Source: a virus. Taken from it: 48,857 nucleotides of DNA. A program made the position numbers and the translations under genes. Location of the stretch: UHGV virus genome UHGV-0138835; one strand, written 5' to 3'. Shown in pieces: positions 17,551 to 26,472 of this stretch. Each line of letters starts with the position of its first letter. Position 1 is the first letter of the stretch. Below the pieces are notes generated by a model. That model was given only the letters and a program-made list of their open reading frames with translations, made no database searches and was not told where the DNA came from.

Positions 17551-18192
17551 GTGAAAACAGAGTTACACAAAAAACTGTGGACGATTCAGCAAACGCTGAA
17601 CGCGCCGAAAAATCAGCGTAATAATTTCGGCGGATACAATTACAGGTCGGCGGAGGATATTTTAGAAGCGGTCAAACCACTGCTTCAAAGTATTACGCTG
17701 ACTGTAAGCGATGAAATTGTCCTGATCGGCAATCGCTATTATGTGAAAGCCACTGCGACACTAAGCGACGGTGAGGATGAAATAGCGGTAACTGCTTACG
17801 CCAGGGAGGAAGAAAGCAAGAAGGGAATGGACGCAAGCCAGTTAACTGGCGCGACATCAAGTTACGCGCGTAAATACGCGTTGAACGGATTGTTCTGTAT
17901 TGACGATGCGCGTGATCCTGATACTGATGCATACGCCAAGCAGACAGGCCAGCAGCCTCGCCAACAGAAAAACCCACCAAAACAACAACCACAGCAGCAG
18001 AAGGCGCCGCCAAATCCTGACGAAGTGTTAGCGCGTTTCTGTGATGCAGCAGCGAAAGCGCCGGACGCTAACAAGTTACGCGAGATCTTCGGCAAGTGCT
18101 GGAAGCTATTGCCTAAGGATTCAGAACAACAACAGAAAGCGAAAGACGTTTATGACATTCGCTTGAAAGAGCTTAACGGGGAGATCGGTTAA
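17551..18192 (+). CDS. erf: Erf single-strand annealing recombinase
   Basis: Strong match to recalled P22 Erf (…LNAPKNQ.N.FG.Y.YRS.EDILE.VKPLL……SDEIVLIG.RYYVKATAT..DGE………AREEE.KKGMDA.Q.TGATSSYARKY.LNGLF.IDDA.D.DT); GTG start with AAGGAG SD. Confidence 0.9.
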   Translation: MKTELHKKLWTIQQTLNAPKNQRNNFGGYNYRSAEDILEAVKPLLQSITLTVSDEIVLIGNRYYVKATATLSDGEDEIAVTAYAREEESKKGMDASQLTGATSSYARKYALNGLFCIDDARDPDTDAYAKQTGQQPRQQKNPPKQQPQQQKAPPNPDEVLARFCDAAAKAPDANKLREIFGKCWKLLPKDSEQQQKAKDVYDIRLKELNGEIG

Positions 18193-18605
18193 TGAGCGTA
18201 AACTCAATCACACTTGGTGGTAACGTTGGCAACGATCTAGAAGTGCGCTACACGCCTAGCGGGAAAGCAATCGGTAGCTTCTCGTTGGCTGTTCAACAGG
18301 GCTACGGTGATAACAAACGTGCAATGTGGGTGACGTGCCTGATATTCGGTGAGCGTGCGGAAAAATTAGCGCCACATATCCGTAAGGGGACGAAGCTGGT
18401 TGTAAGTGGTCGTCTGGACGTTCGCCAGTACGATCGGAACGATGGCACGAAGGGGACGGCGGTCGAAGTAGCGGTTAATGACTTTGAGTTCATGGCAGGA
18501 GGTCAGCAGCAGGGCCAGCAGCAGGGCCAGCGCCAGCCACCGCAACAGAATCAAGGCGGCGGCAATCAACCTCCGATGGACTTCGATGATGATATTCCTT
18601 TTTGA
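18192..18605 (+). CDS. ssb: single-stranded DNA-binding protein
   Basis: OB-fold-like N-terminus, Gly/Gln-rich linker and acidic C-terminal tail DFDDDIPF. Confidence 0.85.
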   Translation: MSVNSITLGGNVGNDLEVRYTPSGKAIGSFSLAVQQGYGDNKRAMWVTCLIFGERAEKLAPHIRKGTKLVVSGRLDVRQYDRNDGTKGTAVEVAVNDFEFMAGGQQQGQQQGQRQPPQQNQGGGNQPPMDFDDDIPF

Positions 18606-18618
18606 TTCAATAGGTTAG

Positions 18619-18900
18619 GTGATGGGTTGTTATTTAAAAGCACCGCCACCGCCGCGAACAAAAGAGCAAGTATTGAAAGAAGCCCGTGATCAAATTGATC
18701 GCGGGTTTTTTATTGCTGGTAGTTCGGCTGAACGGATGGCGAAAAGATTTAGTGACCTGTACGCAAAACAAATATGGTTCGACAACTGGCAGGCAAGTTT
18801 TTACCCACCGCAAAGAAAACCGGATATGCACTGGCCTGAATATGTCGATCCACGCATGCGCAAATATCGCGGGCGTATGGGCCAGGTTATTAACGATTAA
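18619..18900 (+). CDS. hypothetical protein (93 aa)
   Basis: ORF in tightly packed + strand operon. Confidence 0.35.
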   Translation: MMGCYLKAPPPPRTKEQVLKEARDQIDRGFFIAGSSAERMAKRFSDLYAKQIWFDNWQASFYPPQRKPDMHWPEYVDPRMRKYRGRMGQVIND

Positions 18901-18914
18901 TGAGGTATTAAATC

Positions 18915-19139
18915 ATGATCGAAGATAAAGAAGTTGACAATGAAATTCCTGACGGCGCTGATGAACTTATTACTTTCGGTGGCGGGCTGTACGAGTTTGA
19001 AACGTCGGCAGGGTGGATCGATAAGTGGCCTTTTCCAACTCGACAGGAATTAAGCGAACGTAAATCATTTGGCGAAGATGCCGAACGGCTGGCTAATAAC
19101 AAATGGCTTGATAAGTTCATTGCGGAGGGTGGCAAATGA
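18915..19139 (+). CDS. hypothetical protein (74 aa)
   Basis: ORF in operon. Confidence 0.35.
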   Translation: MIEDKEVDNEIPDGADELITFGGGLYEFETSAGWIDKWPFPTRQELSERKSFGEDAERLANNKWLDKFIAEGGK

Positions 19140-19249
19140 ATCTTGCAAAAATTGCCGCATTGCTTGCGGCTTTATCTATCGCCGTGCTGTATCTCAGCGT
19201 GTCGCTTTATATCACGGTAGCGATCATTAAACTCATTACTAACATGTGA
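19136..19249 (+). CDS. micro-ORF (37 aa), hydrophobic membrane peptide MNLAKIAALLAALSIAVLYLSVSLYITVAIIKLITNM
   Basis: ATGA overlap with the upstream gene, SD GGAGGGTGG; below ORF-track cutoff. Confidence 0.35.
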   Translation: MNLAKIAALLAALSIAVLYLSVSLYITVAIIKLITNM

Positions 19250-19257
19250 GGCCAATC

Positions 19258-19377
19258 ATGAAAGTCGGTAAGGATATTGTGACTGTCGCGTTTTGCATTA
19301 TTTGCTTCCTGTTTGTGGTTGTTTCTTGTGGCGCATTTGCTGCGTTGGTTAGCTTTATTTTTAGAGGGTTGCCGTGA
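19258..19377 (+). CDS. micro-ORF (39 aa), hydrophobic membrane peptide MKVGKDIVTVAFCIICFLFVVVSCGAFAALVSFIFRGLP
   Basis: ATG 19258; its stop overlaps the start of the next gene (GTGATGA). Confidence 0.35.
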   Translation: MKVGKDIVTVAFCIICFLFVVVSCGAFAALVSFIFRGLP

Positions 19378-19646
19378 TGAAAACATGGGATGCAAAGGCT
19401 GGTGATCTTGTTGTGTTGCCTGAATATCGTGATGACCCTGGCCTGGTTGTACTGAATAAGGGGAGCTACGATCAGCGCCCGTTACTGGTTAAATATCTTG
19501 ACGGAACAATCATAGAGCCGCGTTTCTTTGACAATATTGAACTGAAGGCCCGCAATGTTCGCGTTAAGCCGTTCCGGGCTTATGTTGAAGACCACTGGCG
19601 GAAATTGTTCGCCGGACTGAATGGGATGTTTGGCGTATGGCTATAA
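19377..19646 (+). CDS. hypothetical protein (89 aa)
   Basis: ORF in operon. Confidence 0.35.
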   Translation: MKTWDAKAGDLVVLPEYRDDPGLVVLNKGSYDQRPLLVKYLDGTIIEPRFFDNIELKARNVRVKPFRAYVEDHWRKLFAGLNGMFGVWL

Positions 19647-19828
19647 AATTAGTGAAAGTTAAAGACCTGAAAGGCGGCGAAAAGATCCGCACGTGGTATG
19701 GCTATAAATTTATTGTCGCTGCCTTTTCTTTCGGGCCAGGGGGTCAAGTAACATTATTTGATGAAGAAGACGACGAGGTGGGTAAATGGCATCTTGAACA
19801 ATATGTTGAGGTGTTAAATGAAAATTAA
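19637..19828 (+). CDS. hypothetical protein (63 aa)
   Basis: ORF in operon. Confidence 0.3.
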   Translation: MAIKLVKVKDLKGGEKIRTWYGYKFIVAAFSFGPGGQVTLFDEEDDEVGKWHLEQYVEVLNEN

Positions 19829-20150
19829 ATTACATAAAGCGTATGATAGCCAGACAAACAAGCTATCACTATTTATTGAGTTCGAACGCCGGATCGTGTG
19901 TGTACCGTGGGCGCGGCGCTTTAATGATGCAGCAGGGCGGCGGCAGTTCGCGTTAGACATGTTGTTACGCGGTTGCGGCCTTATGCGCCCGCTATCTGAT
20001 TTAAAACGGATGATGCCTGGATCGTTCGGTCAGATTGATGAGATTGAAATAAGCCAGGAAGAACTAAAACGGGCGCGTGATTTATTCCTTTCAAGTGAAG
20101 GAAACCCGTTTAATCAAGAAACTGAAATGAAATGGCATCACCCACTATAA
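19818..20150 (+). CDS. hypothetical protein (110 aa)
   Basis: ORF in operon. Confidence 0.35.
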   Translation: MKIKLHKAYDSQTNKLSLFIEFERRIVCVPWARRFNDAAGRRQFALDMLLRGCGLMRPLSDLKRMMPGSFGQIDEIEISQEELKRARDLFLSSEGNPFNQETEMKWHHPL

Positions 20151-20163
20151 AAGGATGAACATC

Positions 20164-20784
20164 ATGAACGACATCAAAACAGCTTATTCACTTGGCAGCA
20201 ATGGCATGTTAATCACTCGCTACACTGAAGACGCAAGTTTTCATGAAGTGGAAACGAAGGATTATCACGAAGTATTAAAAGATATGGAAGCTGGCAAGTA
20301 TGACGCTGATTTGAATCTGGCGTTACAGATTGTTGATATTGTGATGGATGCGTCGATCCGCGATTATGTGTCTTTAAATGCTGAAGAAAAAACGGCTGTA
20401 GCTCGTTATGTCTTCTGCCTTACTTTCGTAAAACGAATGGAAGAAGAATTTGGACGAGTACCAGTGCCGGAAGAAATTGACCCGCTGGCGTTCGGAAGTG
20501 CTGTTATTTTCCCGTTAGATGAAAATCATATGGGTAGCGTTGCGCTGTATTCTATGCGCGGCGTAATGAAAGAAATATTCGAGGCTAAAGCGTTACAGAA
20601 GTGTATTGATGAAGGGCACAAAGAGGAAGACGTAAAGGCGATCATGCCATTGTTTTACGGCGAAATGGTTGGAAATAATATGCGTGCAAATGATTTAGGT
20701 ATACAGGCGGCTATAGCTGTGCTTAATGATGTACGGAAAAACGTGCAGCCAATGCCTGAACCTGAAAAGCGCGTACTTCATTAA
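20164..20784 (+). CDS. hypothetical protein (~206 aa)
   Basis: ORF; start moved to second ATG with better SD spacing. Confidence 0.4.
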   Translation: MNDIKTAYSLGSNGMLITRYTEDASFHEVETKDYHEVLKDMEAGKYDADLNLALQIVDIVMDASIRDYVSLNAEEKTAVARYVFCLTFVKRMEEEFGRVPVPEEIDPLAFGSAVIFPLDENHMGSVALYSMRGVMKEIFEAKALQKCIDEGHKEEDVKAIMPLFYGEMVGNNMRANDLGIQAAIAVLNDVRKNVQPMPEPEKRVLH

Positions 20785-20883
20785 CGTTGTGGTTGCGATC
20801 GCATAAATATACGTTTTGTGTTGCGATCGCAAATCCGTTTTGTGAACTGAAATCAAAAGGTTTACGGCGCGGAGGAAAACAAG

Positions 20884-21102
20884 ATGGCCCGCGAATTAAT
20901 GCTTTATTGTGTTGAGGGTGGAGTAGGTCACGATGCCTACATCGCCGGGAAAGGCTATCCAGCCGATGAAGTGCTTTCTAATATGCACTTCCGGGAAAAT
21001 GAAAGCCGGGTGTCTGTGTGGAAACGGTGTATTGATGGTATTGAAGTTGTAAGTATCGAACGGTATTTAGGCACATTTGATTACGGTGTTATTGAGGCTT
21101 AA
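20884..21102 (+). CDS. hypothetical protein (72 aa)
   Basis: ORF in operon. Confidence 0.3.
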   Translation: MARELMLYCVEGGVGHDAYIAGKGYPADEVLSNMHFRENESRVSVWKRCIDGIEVVSIERYLGTFDYGVIEA

Positions 21103-21200
21103 TTATGGACGACACATTGTTTTATATGTGCTGTTGCTGGGGTTTTATTGCCTTATGCCTGTTTATCAGGTGGTTTATTGAATACCATATGAGGTGATAT

Positions 21201-21395
21201 ATGAAAAAGGTTGGCGGTTATACGTTGCCTGATAACGCTAAATTGGCGGGAATTGGTTTTAGCGGCTGTTATTACTACAACAATGTAGGCGATATTTATT
21301 GCGTGCGTTTTGTCGATGGTGTACAGCATTTTCGCAGACTACCAGACATTGAATTGAGTAAACTTATCCGTGAGGTGTCATTACATGCGGTTTAA
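21201..21395 (+). CDS. hypothetical protein (64 aa)
   Basis: ORF in operon. Confidence 0.3.
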   Translation: MKKVGGYTLPDNAKLAGIGFSGCYYYNNVGDIYCVRFVDGVQHFRRLPDIELSKLIREVSLHAV

Positions 21396-21588
21396 ACATT
21401 ACAGAGAATGGATGATTCCAGAATCAGCAACAAAGGCAGCGCCCGGAATATTTTCGGGCGTTTATTTTTATATGGAAGGTAAATGGTATTTCGGCAGCAG
21501 GCCGGATCACTATTATCAAGAAGTGTGCAAATCTCACACATGGGACATTAATGAGCGCGTGCAAGGCGGTGTAATAGACGAGGTTTAA
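21370..21588 (+). CDS. hypothetical protein (72 aa)
   Basis: ORF in operon. Confidence 0.3.
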   Translation: MRCHYMRFKHYREWMIPESATKAAPGIFSGVYFYMEGKWYFGSRPDHYYQEVCKSHTWDINERVQGGVIDEV

Positions 21589-21589
21589 A

Positions 21590-21826
21590 ATGGTTAAGAG
21601 CTTTTTTAACTGGTTGGGGGCGTGGCTTTTGGCTACGCTTTTTGTTTTCCTGGCGGCCCTGACTGCTATCGGTGTTATCATGCTGGGGGCTATGTTTATT
21701 ACGTGGTCGCTGCCTGAATTTAACGACATTGGGAATATTCTTTTTGCAGCCCGCGCTTTATTGGCTGTTAGCGCATTCATTGGTTTTTGCTGGACTGTAG
21801 CGCCTGATTGGGGTGATGAATGGTGA
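21590..21826 (+). CDS. hypothetical membrane protein (78 aa, two hydrophobic helices)
   Basis: Hydrophobic composition. Confidence 0.35.
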   Translation: MVKSFFNWLGAWLLATLFVFLAALTAIGVIMLGAMFITWSLPEFNDIGNILFAARALLAVSAFIGFCWTVAPDWGDEW

Positions 21827-22064
21827 TCCTATGGCTTTGTTCAATATGTCAGAACTGCAATTTAATGCCGTAAAAGCTGCCGCCCGCGCTGCGCTTTCTG
21901 CCTGCAAAGCGGAGGTAGAAAGAAACGGCTACAGCGATAAAGCTACGCGGATGATATTAGAAAAGCATTATCGCAAGGTTGCCCCATTAATCAGTATTGA
22001 GCGCTTTGTGTGGTTGGTGGGGTATTTAAACAACCGTTGGGGGACGGAACAAGATTATTTCTAA
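21813..22064 (+). CDS. hypothetical protein (83 aa)
   Basis: ORF in operon. Confidence 0.3.
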   Translation: MMNGDPMALFNMSELQFNAVKAAARAALSACKAEVERNGYSDKATRMILEKHYRKVAPLISIERFVWLVGYLNNRWGTEQDYF

Positions 22065-22073
22065 GGGGGCGTA

Positions 22074-22613
22074 ATGAAAAATGATTTTGGAGGCAGCCAC
22101 ACTCCTAAGGAAATTAAAGATCTATGGCAGACGCCTAAACCAGTTTTCAGGGGAATGGATCGTGAATTTGAATTTGTCGCTGACGTTGCGGCAAACAAGG
22201 AAAATGCGCTAGTTCCTCGGTATATAACAGAAGAAATGGACACGCTGCATTATCCGTGGGGAGCGGTGGCAATGCCTGGTGAGTATGTCTGGATGAATCC
22301 GCCATATTCGAATCCGGGGCCATTCGTTGATAAAGCAGCGATTGAACACAGCCGAAATCACATAGGTTGCGTAATGTTATTGCCCGCTGACGTTTCTGTT
22401 AGCTGGTTTATGAACGGCATTGAGACGGCAAACGAATGCCGATTAATCACGCGCGGGCGGCTGGCGTTTATCAATGCTGCGACTGGTAAGCCAGTAAGCG
22501 GAAACAACAAAGGCAGTTTGTTTTTGATCTGGCATCCACGGTGCAGACATGAATGTATTTTTACACACATAACACGCAAAGAGCTATACGCAAGAGGTGC
22601 AGATAATGACTAG
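22074..22613 (+). CDS. phage Dam-like N6-adenine DNA methyltransferase (second orphan MTase)
   Basis: NPPY catalytic motif (WMNPPYSN) in a ~180-aa protein of the phage Dam family pattern. Confidence 0.7.
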   Translation: MKNDFGGSHTPKEIKDLWQTPKPVFRGMDREFEFVADVAANKENALVPRYITEEMDTLHYPWGAVAMPGEYVWMNPPYSNPGPFVDKAAIEHSRNHIGCVMLLPADVSVSWFMNGIETANECRLITRGRLAFINAATGKPVSGNNKGSLFLIWHPRCRHECIFTHITRKELYARGADND

Positions 22614-23103
22614 TGCGGCAGATTTATTGCGACTTGCAGAGGAAACAATTGAGCAAAGGGGGAAACAAAACGGCTACGACAGAAAAGAGGAAAAATCAGC
22701 GCCAAAAATAGCCACTATTTACAACGCTAAAAAGGGGGCGAATTTAACACCACTTGATGTATGGGATCTGTTGATTTGTCTCAAGGAGGCGCGATTAGAG
22801 GCAATTTTAGTTAATGGCGGGAATCCGGTTGATACACTGGTTGATTTAATTAGCTACAGCGCACTAAAAGCGGAGCAAATATTAAATGATCTGGAGAATG
22901 AACAAAATAAAAATCAGTTCACTGCCGCCAATATTAATGATGGAATAATAAATGACGCAGCAATAACAAGCTGTAAGGGATTGCCACCTTCAATGCTTAA
23001 CCCTCAATGCGGTTGTATTTCAACTCGGCTTGATTTGAGTTTTGACAGATCTGAAGCTATTCGCGATAAGAGGTATAACCCAAATGAAAAAGGTGACAAT
23101 TGA
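22597..23103 (+). CDS. conserved phage protein of unknown function (168 aa)
   Basis: ORF in operon; no confident family. Confidence 0.4.
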   Translation: MQIMTSAADLLRLAEETIEQRGKQNGYDRKEEKSAPKIATIYNAKKGANLTPLDVWDLLICLKEARLEAILVNGGNPVDTLVDLISYSALKAEQILNDLENEQNKNQFTAANINDGIINDAAITSCKGLPPSMLNPQCGCISTRLDLSFDRSEAIRDKRYNPNEKGDN

Positions 23104-23587
23104 CAGGTTACTGGCCTGCGTTTATGTCGCCGTTTTCGTAATCATCAACCTAATTGTTAACCATTGCGGCCCGTGGGTAATTCCGATCACCACGGTAGCC
23201 GCTGTGTGTGTCAATATGATGATCCGTGACTTCCTGTTATATGACGGCGGCCTGAAATGGTCGGCTACAACATGCGCCGCCGCTGGCGCAATCACGGTGC
23301 TGATAAATTACGATGCTGGAATGGTGGCGATTGCGTCATTCGTTGCGGTTGTTTCCGGTGCGCTTATTTCTGGCGGCGTTTACCGGGTTTTACCTGGTGA
23401 TTTCGATTCGAAACGATGGCCTGCAAATATAGCTTCAGCCATCGGTGATGCGTTGATTTTCCCTACGCTATCGTTCATGGCATTTATGCCTGAAATATCA
23501 GCTATGCAGTTCATCTCAAAAATGGCAGCGGTAACGGTGATCACTATCATCATGCGCCGCTATTTCACGTTTGAGGGAAGAAAATGA
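23084..23587 (+). CDS. integral membrane protein (~167 aa, multiple TM helices); very tentatively VUT/YhhQ-like
   Basis: Strongly hydrophobic; weak resemblance to recalled YhhQ segment (AS..G[DN]…F…F.AF); start at ATG 23084. Confidence 0.4.
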   Translation: MKKVTIDRLLACVYVAVFVIINLIVNHCGPWVIPITTVAAVCVNMMIRDFLLYDGGLKWSATTCAAAGAITVLINYDAGMVAIASFVAVVSGALISGGVYRVLPGDFDSKRWPANIASAIGDALIFPTLSFMAFMPEISAMQFISKMAAVTVITIIMRRYFTFEGRK

Positions 23588-24111
23588 ATTGGGAAGATTA
23601 TTTTATATACAATCCAGACACGGGTAAATTGTACTGGAAATGTAGAAATGATATAGATGAATCAAGGCGTAAACAATGGAATGCGTGCAACGCTGGTCAT
23701 GAAGTTGGATATATTGGCGGTAGCGGTGGTTATCTTAACACAGCGCTTACCGTAGGCGGGAAGCGTTATAATTTAAAAGTTCACAGAATATGTTATGAGA
23801 TGTACTATGGCCCAATACCTGAAGGTAAGGAGGTTGATCATATAAATCACATTAAAACAGACAATCGAGCCGTCAATCTTGAATTAAAAGACCATAAAGA
23901 TAATATGCGCAATATGTCTTTGATGGTAAACAATACCAGTGGATGCGCTGGTATCCATAAAAATAAACATGGTAAATGGGTTGTTAGAATAGGCGGAGGC
24001 AAAAGAGGCGAGAGGGTTTATATAGGGTGTTTTTCTGATATTAATGACGCAATAAAAGCACGACGCGACGCTGAAAAAGAGTATGGCTATCATGAAAACC
24101 ACGGCAAATAG
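23584..24111 (+). CDS. HNH homing endonuclease with AP2-like DNA-binding domain
   Basis: HNH core HRICYEMYYGPIPEGKEVDHINHIKTDNRAVNLE and AP2-like GIHKNKHGKWVVRIGG…YIGCFSDINDAIKARRDAE. Confidence 0.8.
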   Translation: MNWEDYFIYNPDTGKLYWKCRNDIDESRRKQWNACNAGHEVGYIGGSGGYLNTALTVGGKRYNLKVHRICYEMYYGPIPEGKEVDHINHIKTDNRAVNLELKDHKDNMRNMSLMVNNTSGCAGIHKNKHGKWVVRIGGGKRGERVYIGCFSDINDAIKARRDAEKEYGYHENHGK

Positions 24112-24370
24112 AACAACCCGCCAGCCGCCGCGCGGCTTTGCCAGTGCTGTATTCCTTGCTAACGACCGGGCCATCACGCGTACTACGCTCAACCGCGTTT
24201 TACCGGACTAAAGTTTACAAAATGGCGTCATTGCGTGATGTGGATCACATAATGGCGATTTTCACCTTGTTCTGACGTATCCATTTTGTATACTTCAAAC
24301 AAGAAAAATGCTCTTTAAAAATCCGGTAGCGCTGAAATGCGTAGAAATCACCTGAAAAGGAGAGAGCATT

Positions 24371-24547
24371 ATGCCTTTTGATAATTACCAATGGCATGAC
24401 GACTATGAACGAGAGAGCGTCATGCGTGCAATGTGCAATGTATGCAGCACGAAGAAAGGAGGCTGTAACGAGTGCAACGAATGCTTAGAACATTGGCTAA
24501 GGGCCGGACACGCCGAAAGGCTGAACGAAACAGAGAATCAAAAATAA
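24371..24547 (+). CDS. small Cys-rich (zinc-ribbon-like) protein, 58 aa
   Basis: Strong SD AAAGGAGAG 7 nt upstream; CNVCSTKKGGCNECNEC; below ORF-track cutoff. Confidence 0.35.
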   Translation: MPFDNYQWHDDYERESVMRAMCNVCSTKKGGCNECNECLEHWLRAGHAERLNETENQK

Positions 24548-24561
24548 TCGGGGTGGTTTTT

Positions 24562-25167
24562 ATGCAAAACCCTAAAAAACCCATAAGACGCCGTTGCAAA
24601 TGCTGCGGCGTTTTTTTTGAACCTAAATATCACAATCAAACGTGGTGCAGCGATGAATGTCTGGAAGAACTGAAGTTTGATCAGCTATGCCGCGAACGTG
24701 AAAAGGCTATGAAGGCTATGGAGCGGAAGAAACGCCGTGACAGCCAGCGTGAGGAACGCAACAGGAAGCGGAAACAGTTAAATCCGCGCAGCTACTGGAT
24801 TAAACAGGCGCAGGCCGTATTTAATGCCTATATCCGCGAACGTGACGCGCTATTGCCGTGCATATCCTGCGGGACTTATTACGGTGAGCAATGTTCATGG
24901 GATGCGGGACATTACAGGACGGTAGCCGCTGCCGGACACCTTCGCTTTAACGAGGATAATTGCCACAAACAATGCAGGCACTGCAACCAGACATTAGACG
25001 GCAACATCGGAGGGTATCGCCCAGCACTGATTCGAAAAATTGGCCTCGCCAGGGTGGTGGCGCTGGAGAACAACAACGAAACTCACAAATGGACGATAGA
25101 AGAATGTAAGGAAATCATAAAAGTCTATCAGGCGAAATTAGACGCCTTAAGGAGAAAGGCAGCATGA
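24562..25167 (+). CDS. ninG: NinG (Rap) recombination protein
   Basis: Strong match to recalled lambda NinG (RRRCK…C…PRSYWIKQAQ…N.FIRERD..LPCISCGT….WDAGHYRT.AAA..LRFNE.N.HKQC..CNQ…GN…YR..LI.RIG……E.N…H.WTIEECK.I). Confidence 0.85.
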   Translation: MQNPKKPIRRRCKCCGVFFEPKYHNQTWCSDECLEELKFDQLCREREKAMKAMERKKRRDSQREERNRKRKQLNPRSYWIKQAQAVFNAYIRERDALLPCISCGTYYGEQCSWDAGHYRTVAAAGHLRFNEDNCHKQCRHCNQTLDGNIGGYRPALIRKIGLARVVALENNNETHKWTIEECKEIIKVYQAKLDALRRKAA

Positions 25168-25571
25168 ATGAATATTCTTTTAGCCTGCCTTACCCGCCAT
25201 CGAATAATCGCTATTACCGACATTCACGCGGTTTTCACTATATCAGCAAAGTGGGGAAGGAATACAGGGAACAAGTAAGAGACATCATCGAGCTATTAAA
25301 TTTAAACATCAACCTATCTTGCCGACTGGCAATTACCATTCATGCCGCGCCGCCGGATAACCGAACCAGAGATCTGGATAATATCCCTAAATGCCTTTTT
25401 GATAGTCTTACTTATGCAGAGTTCTGGAAGGATGACGGACAAATCGACGCAATAAAAATTGTTCGCTGCCGGAAGGTAAAAGGCGGACGCTTGTTTATTA
25501 AGGTACGCGAACGCGGCGACCTGTTACCGGATATTGGTGAATACGAAACTAATATGTGGGGTGAGCAATGA
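25164..25571 (+). CDS. rusA: RusA Holliday-junction resolvase
   Basis: Match to recalled RusA (YSF.LPYPPSNNRYYRH.RG…RDLDN..K…D.LT.A.FW.DD.Q…….KGGRL). Confidence 0.85.
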   Translation: MNEYSFSLPYPPSNNRYYRHSRGFHYISKVGKEYREQVRDIIELLNLNINLSCRLAITIHAAPPDNRTRDLDNIPKCLFDSLTYAEFWKDDGQIDAIKIVRCRKVKGGRLFIKVRERGDLLPDIGEYETNMWGEQ

Positions 25572-25750
25572 AAAACGAAGTTAAAGATCTGCAAATAGAT
25601 ATTCAGCGCGATGAGCATGATTTAGCTACAGTCCGACAAATACAGGCTTTTCACATGAGAGAACTGCTTGCGCTGAAAGAGCTTGAAAGAAAGTTGGTCC
25701 AGTCAATATCTGATCGCAAAAGACTGGTTGCGCGTTACAGGGGAAAATAA
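25568..25750 (+). CDS. hypothetical protein (60 aa)
   Basis: ORF translationally coupled between rusA and Q. Confidence 0.3.
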   Translation: MKNEVKDLQIDIQRDEHDLATVRQIQAFHMRELLALKELERKLVQSISDRKRLVARYRGK

Positions 25751-26472
25751 TGAATCTGGAATCAATTCTTAAATTCCACTTCCCAAAATCACCGCGTTTG
25801 TCAGATGAAAGCCGGGGCACGTCCCCGGATGCGCTTAATACCACGGACGCACTAACTGCCGCAGGTATGGCGCAATCGCGCGTAGAGCTTGGTTATAGCG
25901 CTTTTTTGGGGAAGATGGAACTATCACAAGCCGAAAAACATAAGGCCGTAGTTTTGCTTACAGAGCGTTTAAGGGCTATGGCAAAAGATTATGAATACGT
26001 CATGGAACTGGACGAGGCCAAACGCAATGATCTCATTATTCTTGTTGCCGTTTTCGCGTTTCGGGATTATTGCCAGAGTGCAGCGACCGAAAAAGTTTGC
26101 CCGGAATGCGGCGGATATAAATTTACGTTTGACGAATACGGAGAAAAACACCTTTGCAAAAAATGCAAGGGGCATGGGAAAGTTCTTAATCATTGTAAAC
26201 AATGCAAGGGCCGTGGCGAAGTGCCGGATAAAGCAGCCAGCGAAGCGGCGGAAATGCCAGTATTCAAAACGTGTCAGCATTGCGGCGGGCGCGGGTACTC
26301 GCGTTTCCCTGTAGATCTCGTTCGGCAGGCTGTCAATCAGCTTGTCTTTCCGGTAAGCCGATCAACATGGTGGAAGAAATACCGCGCTTTCTATGAAGAC
26401 GCCATTGCTGAATTGTTCAAAGAAGAGGTGCGGGCAGATAACGAAATTAAACGAGTTACGCGGGGTGAATGA
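25750..26472 (+). CDS. Q: late-gene antitermination protein Q (lambda Q family)
   Basis: N-terminus MNLESILKFHFPKSPRLSD closely parallels recalled lambda Q (MRLESVAKFHSPKSPMMSD); Cys-rich zinc-binding region. Confidence 0.8.
   Translation: MNLESILKFHFPKSPRLSDESRGTSPDALNTTDALTAAGMAQSRVELGYSAFLGKMELSQAEKHKAVVLLTERLRAMAKDYEYVMELDEAKRNDLIILVAVFAFRDYCQSAATEKVCPECGGYKFTFDEYGEKHLCKKCKGHGKVLNHCKQCKGRGEVPDKAASEAAEMPVFKTCQHCGGRGYSRFPVDLVRQAVNQLVFPVSRSTWWKKYRAFYEDAIAELFKEEVRADNEIKRVTRGE

Noticed and set aside
17693-18095. Minus-strand ORFs inside erf (17693-18013, 17862-18095)
   Set aside because: Antisense to a strongly supported Erf gene.
23084-23587. Queuosine-precursor transporter (YhhQ) as part of a 7-deazaguanine DNA-modification cluster
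   Set aside because: Only a weak motif resemblance, and no QueC/QueD/QueE/FolE/DpdA-like genes are nearby; retained merely as a membrane protein.
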